31,305 bases of DNA from a virus (lineage: Duplodnaviria > Caudoviricetes), in the IMG/VR virus record IMGVR_UViG_3300020042_000343, positions 1 to 31,305 of that record, one strand, 5' to 3'. This document shows positions 1-10,100 of this stretch, one piece after another. Each line of letters starts with the position of its first letter. Position 1 is the stretch's first letter. The position numbers and the translations under genes are program-made. The notes beneath the pieces are model-generated. The model was not told the DNA's origin. It saw nothing but the letters and a program-made list of their open reading frames with translations, and did no database searches.

Positions 1-2
1 TG

Positions 3-671
3 ATTTTTGTCAAGATGGCTCACAAAGCCTCCCGTATGTTCTACGACGCAACGTACCAAGAAGGTCAGAAGGTCAGCCCAGTGTGCTGGTCTACGGACTC
101 AGAGAAGCCCGATGCGGATGTCAAGACCCCTCTTGCTTCCACTTGCCTAGACTGCCCTAAATCAGTTAAAGGCTCAGGTCAAGGCGGTACAGGTACAGCT
201 TGCCGTCTGTCATGGCGCACAGCCGTGGTGTTGCCCAACGATCCATCAGGCGATGTGATGCAGTTGGTGTTGCCTGCTACGTCAGCGTTCGGTAAGGAAG
301 ACAATGGTCGCTTCCCGTTTCGTCCGTACATCCAACACTTGGCGTCGCACAATGTGAGCGCTGGCCGGGTGATCACTAGGATGGCCTTCGATACAAAATC
401 TCCTACGCCAAAGGTTGTGTTCTCACCAGCTGGTAAGGTTCCTGACGACGATCTGTTGACGATTGCCGCACAAGCCAAGAGCCCTGCCGCTGAAGCCGCT
501 ATCAAGATGAACGTCTTCCAAGCGGATAGCACAGGTGAAGTTGAAGTGCCTAGCCACCGCAACGAAGTCGTAGAAGACGAAGCGCCTCCTGTCAAGGTTG
601 AGTCAAAGAAAGCCTCCACTGCGGATGAGAAAGACATCTCTGACGTGGTGAAGAAGTGGTCTAAGAAATAA
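3..671 (+). CDS. Cys-rich phage replication protein, probable ssDNA-binding/annealing protein (5'-truncated)
   Basis: The frame is open upstream of the ATG at 15 (I-F-V-K-M) to the window edge. It has four Cys (PVCWS, CLDCP, ACR), a predicted beta-rich core and a low-complexity charged tail ending in W-S-K-K, and lies upstream of the primase-helicase. Function is inferred from context. Confidence 0.5.
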   Translation: MFVKMAHKASRMFYDATYQEGQKVSPVCWSTDSEKPDADVKTPLASTCLDCPKSVKGSGQGGTGTACRLSWRTAVVLPNDPSGDVMQLVLPATSAFGKEDNGRFPFRPYIQHLASHNVSAGRVITRMAFDTKSPTPKVVFSPAGKVPDDDLLTIAAQAKSPAAEAAIKMNVFQADSTGEVEVPSHRNEVVEDEAPPVKVESKKASTADEKDISDVVKKWSKK

Positions 672-680
672 GGAATAGGA

Positions 681-995
681 ATGTCACGGACATACAGCGA
701 AGCTTTTTTGATTGAGTTGCACAAGGCTAACCCGAACAGGGCTGGCATTGCGTTAGCACTTGCTTGTGTGAAGGCAAACCTCCCTGCAAAATATGTAGCT
801 AATGCGTTGGAAGTAACTCGCATGACGGTCTTTAGTTGGTTCCGTGGCAAACCTTTGCGCCACAACAACCTTGTTAAGGTTGAGACACTGACTGACCTGA
901 TTGAGAGTGACACTGCCAAAGGTATTCTTCCAGCAAAGAACACTGCGGCGGCTAAAACGTACCTTGAAGATATGGTCGGGAGAAAATTTGACTAA
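681..995 (+). CDS. small helix-turn-helix (Cro/XRE-like) DNA-binding protein
   Basis: AKYVANALEVTRMTVFSWFRG matches the HTH pattern. An AGGA-type RBS precedes the ATG. Confidence 0.65.
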   Translation: MSRTYSEAFLIELHKANPNRAGIALALACVKANLPAKYVANALEVTRMTVFSWFRGKPLRHNNLVKVETLTDLIESDTAKGILPAKNTAAAKTYLEDMVGRKFD

Positions 996-1004
996 ATAAA
1001 AATC

Positions 1005-1061
1005 GGGGGGAAAGCTGCGTAATGCTTTTTGAAAGCTTGCAGACGAGCGGTTAGTACCCCC
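1005..1061 (+). ncRNA. putative structured RNA hairpin with loop-E/sarcin-ricin-type internal loop
   Basis: GGGGG(1005-1009) pairs with CCCCC(1057-1061). The internal loop is GAA(1010-1012)/AGTA(1053-1056). AGCTGC(1013-1018) pairs with GCGGTT(1047-1052), and further apical pairing is possible. Confidence 0.45.
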
Positions 1062-1072
1062 ACCCATTCACC

Positions 1073-1096
1073 GAGCGGGCATAGTCCCGCTCTTTT
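1073..1096 (+). terminator. Rho-independent terminator-like hairpin upstream of the primase gene
   Basis: GAGCGGG-catagt-CCCGCTC is a perfect 7-bp stem followed by TTTT. Confidence 0.6.
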
Positions 1097-1111
1097 CAAC
1101 TCTGGCGAGAC

Positions 1112-3958
1112 ATGTTAAAACAATTCTACGAGAAAGCATTGCCAACGCAGGGTGTCTATTGCATTACAAGCATTGGGACTGACAAAAAGGTTTCAAACAA
1201 ATTTGCAGAGACACTTGACGACGTATTTGCACAGATAGAGACGTTCAAGAAAAAGGGAGTCAACACTTTCGTTGCACTTGGAACGTTCGAGGGTTATAGC
1301 AGGAAAGCAGATGACTGCCTCTTCGTGCGATCGTTCTTCATTGACTTAGATGTTGGTGCGGACAAAGACTATCAATCGAAAGGCGACGCACACACGGCGC
1401 TCTACAAACTAATTGGGGAGACTGGGCTACCTGACCCAGTGGTGATTGACTCAGGTGGCGGGGTCCATGCCTACTGGATCATGGATGAGGACATTCCACG
1501 AGACGAGTGGAAGCCAGCCGCCGAGAAGTTCAAAGCGTTATGCCTCCAGCATATATCTATTGACCCAGTAGTTACAGCAGATGCCGCTCGTATCATGCGC
1601 GCACCTGACACGCTTAACTACAAGTTTGATCCACCAGAGCCAACGTCAGTTGTTAGTGATGAGGTCTTTGCTTATAGCTGGCAAGAGTTCAAAGAGTTCT
1701 TAGGCGTAGAGCCTGTTGCAGAAGCCGAGCCGCTCACAGAAGAACAACTCACTGCTCAAGACATCCTTGCAAGTATCCCCAAGGGCGTCGATGAAGATAC
1801 CAAAGCAATTCTAAAGCTAGACAACTTTGCAAAGTCATTTGAGACACTAGTAGAAAAAAGTTTGGCAGGGGATGGATGTGAACAAATTAAATACATCTGG
1901 GAGAACCGCGCCACATTACCAGAGCCGTTGTGGTTTGCAGGTTTAGCTGTCGCTAAGTTCTGTGACGATGGCGCTACCGCTATCCATGAGTTATCCAAAC
2001 CATACCCAAAGTACAACTATGAAGATACAGAAGACAAGGCAAGCCGCTTTCCTGCTCCACGAACCTGCGAGTGGTTTATTGGCGACTACCCCAGTCGATG
2101 CGAGGGATGCCAGCACAGAGGAAAGATCACAAGTCCAATTCAACTTGGAAGAGTCTTTAAACCAGCCCCTGCGCCAAATAAAGAGGACGCAGTTTGGGAA
2201 GTCCCGAATACCCAAAAAGTTCCTGATTTCCCCGACTTCATGACTCCATTTGTGCGTGGACAGAATGGCGGTATATATTTTGTTCCTGCACCTAAGACAG
2301 ACAAGCAAGGCAAAAAACATCAAGATGACCCTATCTTGATCTTAGCGCATGATTTGTTTCCAGTTAAACGCATGGTGAGCCCGCACGATGGCGAGTGCTT
2401 GCAGATGCGTACGATTCTTCCGTTTGACGGGGAACGCGAATTTCTCCTGCCCATGAAGCAGGTGTACGCCAAAGAAGCGCTTAAGGCAATTATGTCCAGC
2501 AATGGAGTTTTCTTCGCTTCACACCACGACCAACACCTTATGAACTACATCATCAAATGGGGACAGTATCTCCAGACAACTGACAAGGCGCTACAGATGC
2601 GTATGCAGATGGGCTGGACACAAGATCGCACAGACAAAGAATGGGACAAGAGAAGCTTTGTCATAGGCAAGAAAGAAATTACCCACACCGGTGAGATCAT
2701 CGAAGCCCCATCGTCTCCATTCGTTCGTGGCCTATCACGCCACATCACTCAGAACGGAACCTTTGCGCGTTGGCGTGAGTCGATTGATTCCTTAAACAAG
2801 CCACAGTTTGAACTGCATGCCTTTGCCGCAATGAGTGGCTTCGGTTCCCCCTTGATGTGCTACACATCTACATCTGGCGTGGTGATGAGTTTGACTGGCA
2901 AGTCAGGCAACGCCAAGACAGGTGCGATGTATGCAGGGCTTAGCGTGTTTGGACACCCTAAAGATTTGAGTGTGGTGGGCGCTACAGATAACGGCTTAAC
3001 AGGTCGCTATCTTGGTTTGCACAGCTTGATGTTTGGTCTTGATGAAGTAGGCGACAAAAAGCCTGAAGACTTGGGGCAGTTGATTCACAACGTGTCGCAT
3101 GGCAAAGCCAAGATTCGTATGCAAGGTTCAGTCAACGCTGAACGGGAATACGAGATGTCTGCATCATTGACTGCATTGTTGACATCTAATCACGGTATAT
3201 ATGGCAAGTTAGAAGCTCTCAAAATGAATCCTGATGGTGAAGCCGCGCGTCTGATCGAGTTTGAAGTCTTCCGCCCAAGAATATTGGATCACGACGCCAA
3301 GCTTGGTGAATACATCTTCGATGCGTTCAAATACAACTACGGGCATGCAGGGCCGATGTTCATTCAACACATCTTGAAGCAAGGCGACAACTATGTGATG
3401 GACAACATTGCCAAGTGGGAAGATAAATTCTTAACTGACTTTGGCAACTTTGCAGAGTATCGGTTCTACAAGAACTTGGTCGGCACTAATCTTGGTGGCG
3501 CAAGCATGGCTAATCAAGCCAATATCACTGCATGGGAACTTGACCGTATATATCACGAAGCAGTTTTAAAAATGATTGAGATTAGGGACAATGTTGTAAA
3601 GGTTAACCGCACTGACTACCAATCTGTGCTGGGCGACTTCATAAATAAGAACATGGGCAACATTCTTGTACTCAAAGATGGCAAGGTCACTATGGAGCCA
3701 CGGGGCCAAATTGTAGGGCGCATCGTCAGCGAAGAAGGTCTCTTGCAAGTGTCTAAGACTGAGTTCAAGAAGTTCTTGGCGGAGCGCAAAATCGGTAGCC
3801 GCGAGTTTGAGTTTGATATGCGGGACAAAAAGATTCTTGTAGACGACAAGAAGGGACGCCTCACTACCGGGTGGAAGTCAGCGATCAGCACCGATCCTGC
3901 ATATCTCTATTGGTTCAAGACTGAGATGCCAAACGACTTGTTCAATGAATCCGAGTGA
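1112..3958 (+). CDS. primase-helicase fusion (AEP/RepB-like primase, Cys-rich PriCT-like domain, DUF927-type P-loop NTPase)
   Basis: AEP motifs FFIDLD and SGGGVHAYW, then DAARIMRAP. Cys cluster GCEQ...KFC...RTCEW...RCEGC. Walker A-like GKSGNAKT and Walker B-like FGLDE. Confidence 0.85.
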   Translation: MLKQFYEKALPTQGVYCITSIGTDKKVSNKFAETLDDVFAQIETFKKKGVNTFVALGTFEGYSRKADDCLFVRSFFIDLDVGADKDYQSKGDAHTALYKLIGETGLPDPVVIDSGGGVHAYWIMDEDIPRDEWKPAAEKFKALCLQHISIDPVVTADAARIMRAPDTLNYKFDPPEPTSVVSDEVFAYSWQEFKEFLGVEPVAEAEPLTEEQLTAQDILASIPKGVDEDTKAILKLDNFAKSFETLVEKSLAGDGCEQIKYIWENRATLPEPLWFAGLAVAKFCDDGATAIHELSKPYPKYNYEDTEDKASRFPAPRTCEWFIGDYPSRCEGCQHRGKITSPIQLGRVFKPAPAPNKEDAVWEVPNTQKVPDFPDFMTPFVRGQNGGIYFVPAPKTDKQGKKHQDDPILILAHDLFPVKRMVSPHDGECLQMRTILPFDGEREFLLPMKQVYAKEALKAIMSSNGVFFASHHDQHLMNYIIKWGQYLQTTDKALQMRMQMGWTQDRTDKEWDKRSFVIGKKEITHTGEIIEAPSSPFVRGLSRHITQNGTFARWRESIDSLNKPQFELHAFAAMSGFGSPLMCYTSTSGVVMSLTGKSGNAKTGAMYAGLSVFGHPKDLSVVGATDNGLTGRYLGLHSLMFGLDEVGDKKPEDLGQLIHNVSHGKAKIRMQGSVNAEREYEMSASLTALLTSNHGIYGKLEALKMNPDGEAARLIEFEVFRPRILDHDAKLGEYIFDAFKYNYGHAGPMFIQHILKQGDNYVMDNIAKWEDKFLTDFGNFAEYRFYKNLVGTNLGGASMANQANITAWELDRIYHEAVLKMIEIRDNVVKVNRTDYQSVLGDFINKNMGNILVLKDGKVTMEPRGQIVGRIVSEEGLLQVSKTEFKKFLAERKIGSREFEFDMRDKKILVDDKKGRLTTGWKSAISTDPAYLYWFKTEMPNDLFNESE

Positions 3959-4151
3959 CATCAAAGAACCTGAGTGGATTTTTCCATTCGATGCAATGGA
4001 GGTGGGGGAGAGTTTCTTCATCCCCACCTTGCGCCCTGCCGAGATAATCTTTGCACTAGAAAGTGGAGCCAAGCGCGCCAAGGTTGGAGTCAAGTGCTAT
4101 GTCACGCACAAAGACAATCATCTTGGAGTCCGCGCTTGGCGCATCCGTTAG
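3945..4151 (+). CDS. small conserved phage protein (FPFxxMEVGESFFIP...RAWR), possibly DNA-binding
   Basis: 68-aa ORF overlapping the primase stop. The motif pattern is typical of small phage early proteins. Confidence 0.6.
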   Translation: MNPSDIKEPEWIFPFDAMEVGESFFIPTLRPAEIIFALESGAKRAKVGVKCYVTHKDNHLGVRAWRIR

Positions 4152-7100
4152 CGCTCTAGCCCCATGGCTTTAAAGTCTTGTACAAGGCGATACTTAAGCA
4201 TGTTTTGTTCAAGAATAACCAGCTTTAACAACGCATCTCTATCTTTTATAGCCAAGTATTTATTGTTCCGAATCTCGGTAGCCCGTTGACGTATTTCATT
4301 AAGTTCACCTTGCGCTGATTGGTACTGCTCAACAATGCTTGGATACAAAGGATTTTCAGCCACAAACTCCGCATAAAGAACAGGGTTTCGTTTATCTAAA
4401 GTGACTAAACGTTTATCTATCTCTTTAATTTTTTGCTCTATCTTGCCGTACTCACGAGAATCAACGTTAGTCTTAGCGCCAAAGAACGAACCAAACAATG
4501 GCAGGTCTGTCTTAGGATTAAATTCTTTTTCGCCTTTGCCAAGATTAGTCCATGAGTACATCAACTCTGCAATCTTAGCTACACCATCAAGGTAGCTGTT
4601 TGTGAAGAAGTACATTGTGTTTGGAGATATATCAAAAGCGCCATGAGTTGATTCGTATAAACCATCAGCTACGTCTTTGTAGATTTCTGGAATGCGGTCA
4701 CCGCCTGTATAGGCGTCACCCATACGACGTTGAGAAGCGCTATTAATTGCCTGCCCAACACCGTTTATGTTTGCAACCCATTCAATGAATGGACGAATTA
4801 CGGTAGGGGCAACTGAGTCCAAGACCCACATAACTTTATTGTCTACAAAAGGAATTTTAGACATTGGTAATGGCAAGAACGCATCAGTCATGATCGTAAA
4901 TGCAATATTGCTTGCTGCCTCAATAGGAGTAATTGTTCCAGCCAACATAGCAGCAAACTGCGCACCACTTGCAGCAAACGCACCCGGGCCAAACCCCCAA
5001 GGTATTTGGAATACGACGTCTTTACCAAGACCAAGTCTTTCAGATACTTCATTTGGAATATGGAAACGAGCATAACGAGACCACTGCTCCATGTTATCCG
5101 TTAATGCAGCGTTACGTTCCCATTCATCATCTGGTGCGCCCATCATAGACAGTGCAAAAAGCCCACCGCCCATAGCAATCAGCGATCCTGTCATAAAAGA
5201 CGCGTTACGTTTTCGTATTCTAAAAGTTTCTTCGTATTTTGCTTTTGCGGTAGGGTTGTCTGCGATCACAGGGGGCAGATCTTGCATTGCGCGTTTTACC
5301 GAAGTAAAGGCAGGCAGGACTGATTCAAGCGCTCGTACAGCGCCAGTGGCTGATGGCTTACTAAACATATAGAAAGCACCCATGACTTTGCCCCACTCAC
5401 CTTGCTGCGAAAAGTTTGCAAGGTTTAACGTGAATGCAGCGGCTTCTTCAGCGGCGGCGCGTTCAGCAGGAGATAGTTCTCCGTTTGGACCTTTCTTGTC
5501 CGACATACCGTCAGCAATATTTTGTTTAAGTGCCCGTTCTTTGTACAAAGAATACATAGCCGTGCGGCTAGTAAACTCAAACATGTTGTTCCAGCTATCT
5601 AGCAGTTTAGTTGCGCTGATAGGGTCAGTGATGATGTTGTTTTTACCAAAAGAATTTTCACTAAGAGTCTCAAGGTTTGACTTTAGAGAGAAGCTCTCCA
5701 TGTAGGTGCTCTTGCCACCATATCGAATCATCTCAAGCATGTCACGAATGAACGGGTCTTTTGCCGCCATGTCGCTCATGACTTTTTTACTACCAGCGCT
5801 TCCAATTTCTTCCAGCACAGCAATATTCATGGCCTTGCCAAGACCATTTTTAGTAACTGCCATAGCCACATCTTTTAGATATGCAGCAGCGCCTAGTGGG
5901 CCAATCTTTTCGCTTGTGGCGGCGTTCCATGCGTTGGTTAACGTGTTCACTACAAAGTCTTTTGGCGCAAAGTTGTAGTTAAAACGTGTGTGCATCGAGC
6001 CAAAGAAGCCCGTGATACGGTTAGCCGCGTCCCACAACGGAGTTTTTTCTCTAAATGGATAACGAATAGCTTGCAGCAATTTAGGATTGTCAATAGCGAT
6101 GATGTTCATAGAACCATCAGCTTTGTAGTTAAAGATGTACTTGCTATTAGCGCCTTTGTATTTAGATAAATCTACAGTTTCACGCTCCCAAAACGGGACT
6201 GTTTTAACTACCCTGCCAGGTATAACTCCTGTACCCGTTGGGTTATACGCATCTTTGCTTGTAGTTGGTTCAACTGCATTTTCAACAGATTGCGTAAAGT
6301 CTTTGCGTCCAGCACGACTAGCCGCTCTATAACCGTCATAGATCATTTGCAGCAACGGATTATCTGACGTAGAGAAACGGCCTTCAGCAGCATGAATTTC
6401 ATCCTGCATTTCAGCGCCATTCATCTTGCTGTTGGGGTCAATCATGTCATCCACTTTGGTGTGCTTAGACAGACCCTTAAACGGCATGTAGTATTGATAG
6501 TTATAGATGCCAACAATATTGGATACAGGCATTGACCAGTAGTTGCCAATCTTGTTGAGTTCGGCAGTGGCGTCTGTAATGATCTTTACTTGATCAAACA
6601 TTTCTTTAATTAACGCTTGCTCTTCCTTGCTCTTTGCTAGGAACTCAGTCATACGTTTATTGACTGTAGCCTCTTCAATACCAAGAGCGTTATAAATTGG
6701 AGCGTTTTTGTCCGTATCTATGCCCTTGTGCTTTGGATTTTTAGCAAAGCGCTGGCGCATCTTTTCGCTGATGCGGGGGCTATCACCTAGCGCGTCGGCA
6801 TGGTTGGTAGCAAGATACTCTAGCTCTTTGCGAATAGCAGCTTTTTGCTGATCATTTAGTGCAACTTTATGGATCAGTCCGTCCACCCCAGTGCGGGGAT
6901 CACCCATAAGCTGAATACGACGCTCAGCGGCGCTAATTGGCTTGCCGTTATGTGTCAGGTTTTGAGTCTTGCTCAAAGGTACGGATGTAATCCATTTAGC
7001 AAATCGGCGTTCAGTTGCGCCAAACATCTCCGCCAATCTATGAAATTGATCAAGACCTTTATCAGTATTCTGGTTGGACATCATCAACCAATTATTAAAA

Positions 7101-10100
7101 GTGTCGTGCAACTTTTGCAACGGCTGCTGCAAATAATCAATAGCAAATCTAACGCCCTGATTTAAGGCTAAGTCTTGTTTTTCGCTGACGTTATTAAATG
7201 CACCTGTAGGATCGCGCTTAAGCAAACCCGCCATATTTAATTCATTTTCATAGGCGCGGATATGCTGACGACGGCTTTGCGCCTTTGTAACAAAATCTCT
7301 CCACCCGTGACGACTAAAAGCGCGCTTGATCTTACCCATTCTCGATAGGTCTCCGGCGGTGTCTACGCCATACTTTTCTTTATTGCTAGGTTCATAATTT
7401 TTATCTTTTTCATACAGCCCAGTTTCTCGAGACTCAGCTGTCTTAGGCACTGTCGGCTGTTGCCCTTTTGGTTTCTTAGCCGACAATGTTTCTAGATTGA
7501 TTGGTTCAGTTGGTACAGACAAGATGTCTTCAAATGCGCCAGACAACTCCACCATAAAGTTAGGAGACTTTAACGCGCCAGCAGGTACTTTAAAGATACC
7601 CGCCATAGCCTTCTTAAAGGCAGACCACTGAGACTTCTCTGTTGGCAAGATGGTAAAAATGTCTTCAGTGCCAAGCTTTAATTTGGCAGCAATATCCAAC
7701 GCGCTGAACTCAGCGTAGTCAATCCCTTGCTCAGCCAAATCTGCTTGAAAGAATTTATCAGTCATAGCATAGGCTATGAATTCAAATGGGCTTGTAAACG
7801 CCTCGGGGTAATCGCCTTGCAACTCAAACTGAGTTTGGCGCATGATTGTTAAAATCTGTTCAACGCCCTTAATCTGACGCTCGGTCAGTTGGTTCTTTTG
7901 ACCATTCATGTACATGTACATTACGCGAACAGTAGCAGCGTGGGCTACCTCGTGCAGTAATGTAGGCACAGTCAAGCCAGAAAGCGAAAGTGTAATAGTG
8001 TCAGTGTAGGGGTCGTAGATACCCAAATCGCCGTCAGGTAATCTATCAATAAATTCAATCTTAGTTTTTAATCCAAGGTTACCAAGTAGATTGGCAACGT
8101 AGCCAAACATTTTGTTGCGGGAGTCGCTGTTCTTTTTAAGTGTGTCGCTTACATCTTGCAGCGCTAAGCCAAGACGCCCTTTTTGCAGATGCTCAATGAC
8201 ACTCTTTGATAGTTGCAACGTGCCACGACCAAGAGATGTAGATGCTACATCGCCGTATGTTCTACGCAGCTTCTCTAACTCTTCTTTGTTTTGCTCAGCT
8301 TCTTTACGAACTTCTTCTTGGCGCTTGTTGATGTTAGCAAGCTCAGCCTTCTTCTGATCATCAGACAGTTCACGGTTTTCTTTGAGCAACGCTTCACCGG
8401 CTTTTGCAAAAGCAACATCTTGTTGCAAACCAGCGTTATTTACAATTTGATCAAGGTAGGCTTGTTGAGCTATGCGTGATAGATCGCCCCAACGTGGAAA
8501 CGAAACATTAAACATCTTAGATGCAGTGTTTCGGTTATCTTCATAATTTTTAATAGTACGTTGTTCACCAACAGTTGTAGCGCCCTGCCCATAGCCTTTA
8601 CTGCGTCCACCTGTTTCTTTACGATAATTAATTAATGCTTGCGCAGCTTTGCGGTGCTCAGGCATGTTGCCGTAACGAACGTTTTCAAAGTAGACGTCTT
8701 TATCAACTGCACTTAGATCAGACCACTCTGGCAGTTCGGGGAATTCTTCCCTTGCCTTATCATAGTTGTCACGGTTTTCTTTTGATATAGAACCAGCTTT
8801 TGTAGGCTCTAATCCAAACGCTGCTTCAGCTTCAGTTTGCTTCCGTTCTTGTTCAGCGTCATATCTGGCATAGATGTCTTCTTTTTTTAGAGCTCCATTA
8901 CCTGTGGATTCGTTAAGTAAACGAACGCGCTCCGCTTCAGCCTCTGCCTCGTAACGCTGACCAAGCTCCATAGCATCTTTTGCATTTTGCTCTGGTGTAA
9001 CATCTGGGTCAGCTACAAAAGCAGGATGAGAGTCTTGCTGAATAGCAGCAAGTTTAGGATCAGTCTCACCTGTCTTTAAGAAATGTTGTAGCCAACCTTT
9101 TACTGTTGTTGGTCGCTTGGCTGAAAGGGTTGAGGGCGGTTGTTTTCCTTCCGCTTTTGTTTGCTCGGTTTCAGTGGTCTCAGTGCCAAGGGCTTCTCCT
9201 GCTGGTGGTAAAGTTTTAATGAATGCGTCAATATTAGCGGCTATTTCTGGTGAACTAGCGTATTTAGTAATAAGTTCAGCAGGGGTTGCTCCATCGTTAT
9301 ATTCATCCGTAATGATGCGCTGTGTTACAGGGGATATTAATGCAGCGGGCTGCTGCTTTGCTCCAGCCAAATTTGTCCCAACATTTGCTCCAGTAGATAC
9401 CACTCCACCGGGTTGAGGTCCAGCAACTCCTGCGGTGGTCTGGCCTTGGTTGGCGAGTGCAGCCACTCCAGTGCTTGCTCCACCTGCTTGTGTGTCAATT
9501 CCTGTAGCATCAGGTGCTCCTTGTTGTGCAAGGTGGTTTCTAATAAGTTCAACAGCTTCACTATTTTTTGTTCCTACCGGAATGCTGAGACCAACTGCCC
9601 TTGCAATCTGTCTGTATTCAGATTGCTTAATAGTCTCACCGCCGTCGATTTTCCCAACGTAGTCATTGGCAGCTTGGATTGATTCGGGCGTTACACCTTC
9701 GGCAGTAATTTTTGGCGCTCTAGTCTTCTTAGGCGCTGGTGTAGTCTCAGTTACTTCAGGAGCCGCAACGTCAGCAACAATAGGATTACCCGCCGCATCT
9801 GTAGCAGGCATCAATAGATCAGCGCTCTCTTTGTCAAAGCCTTTAATCGTGGGCGGTATGACGTCTTTATTAACTGTGAGGTCGCCTCTATATGTTTTAC
9901 CAGCGGCTTCAGCTTCAGTGCCAGCTTTCTGAAGTTTGTTTACATAGTGAGTCTTAGCGCCGCCCACTGTTCCGGGGCCAACTGACATAGCAAACGCAGC
10001 GCCAGCAGTATCAACATATTCACGTAAAGCTTCTGCATCGGTTAATGACAGTTTTGCGCCATAGCGCTCAGCCATAGTTTGAATTTCTTCAGCGGGGATT

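Noticed and set aside
179-943. 254-aa minus-strand ORF
   Set aside because: It is antisense to two well-formed + strand genes and has no recognisable motif, so it is a shadow ORF.
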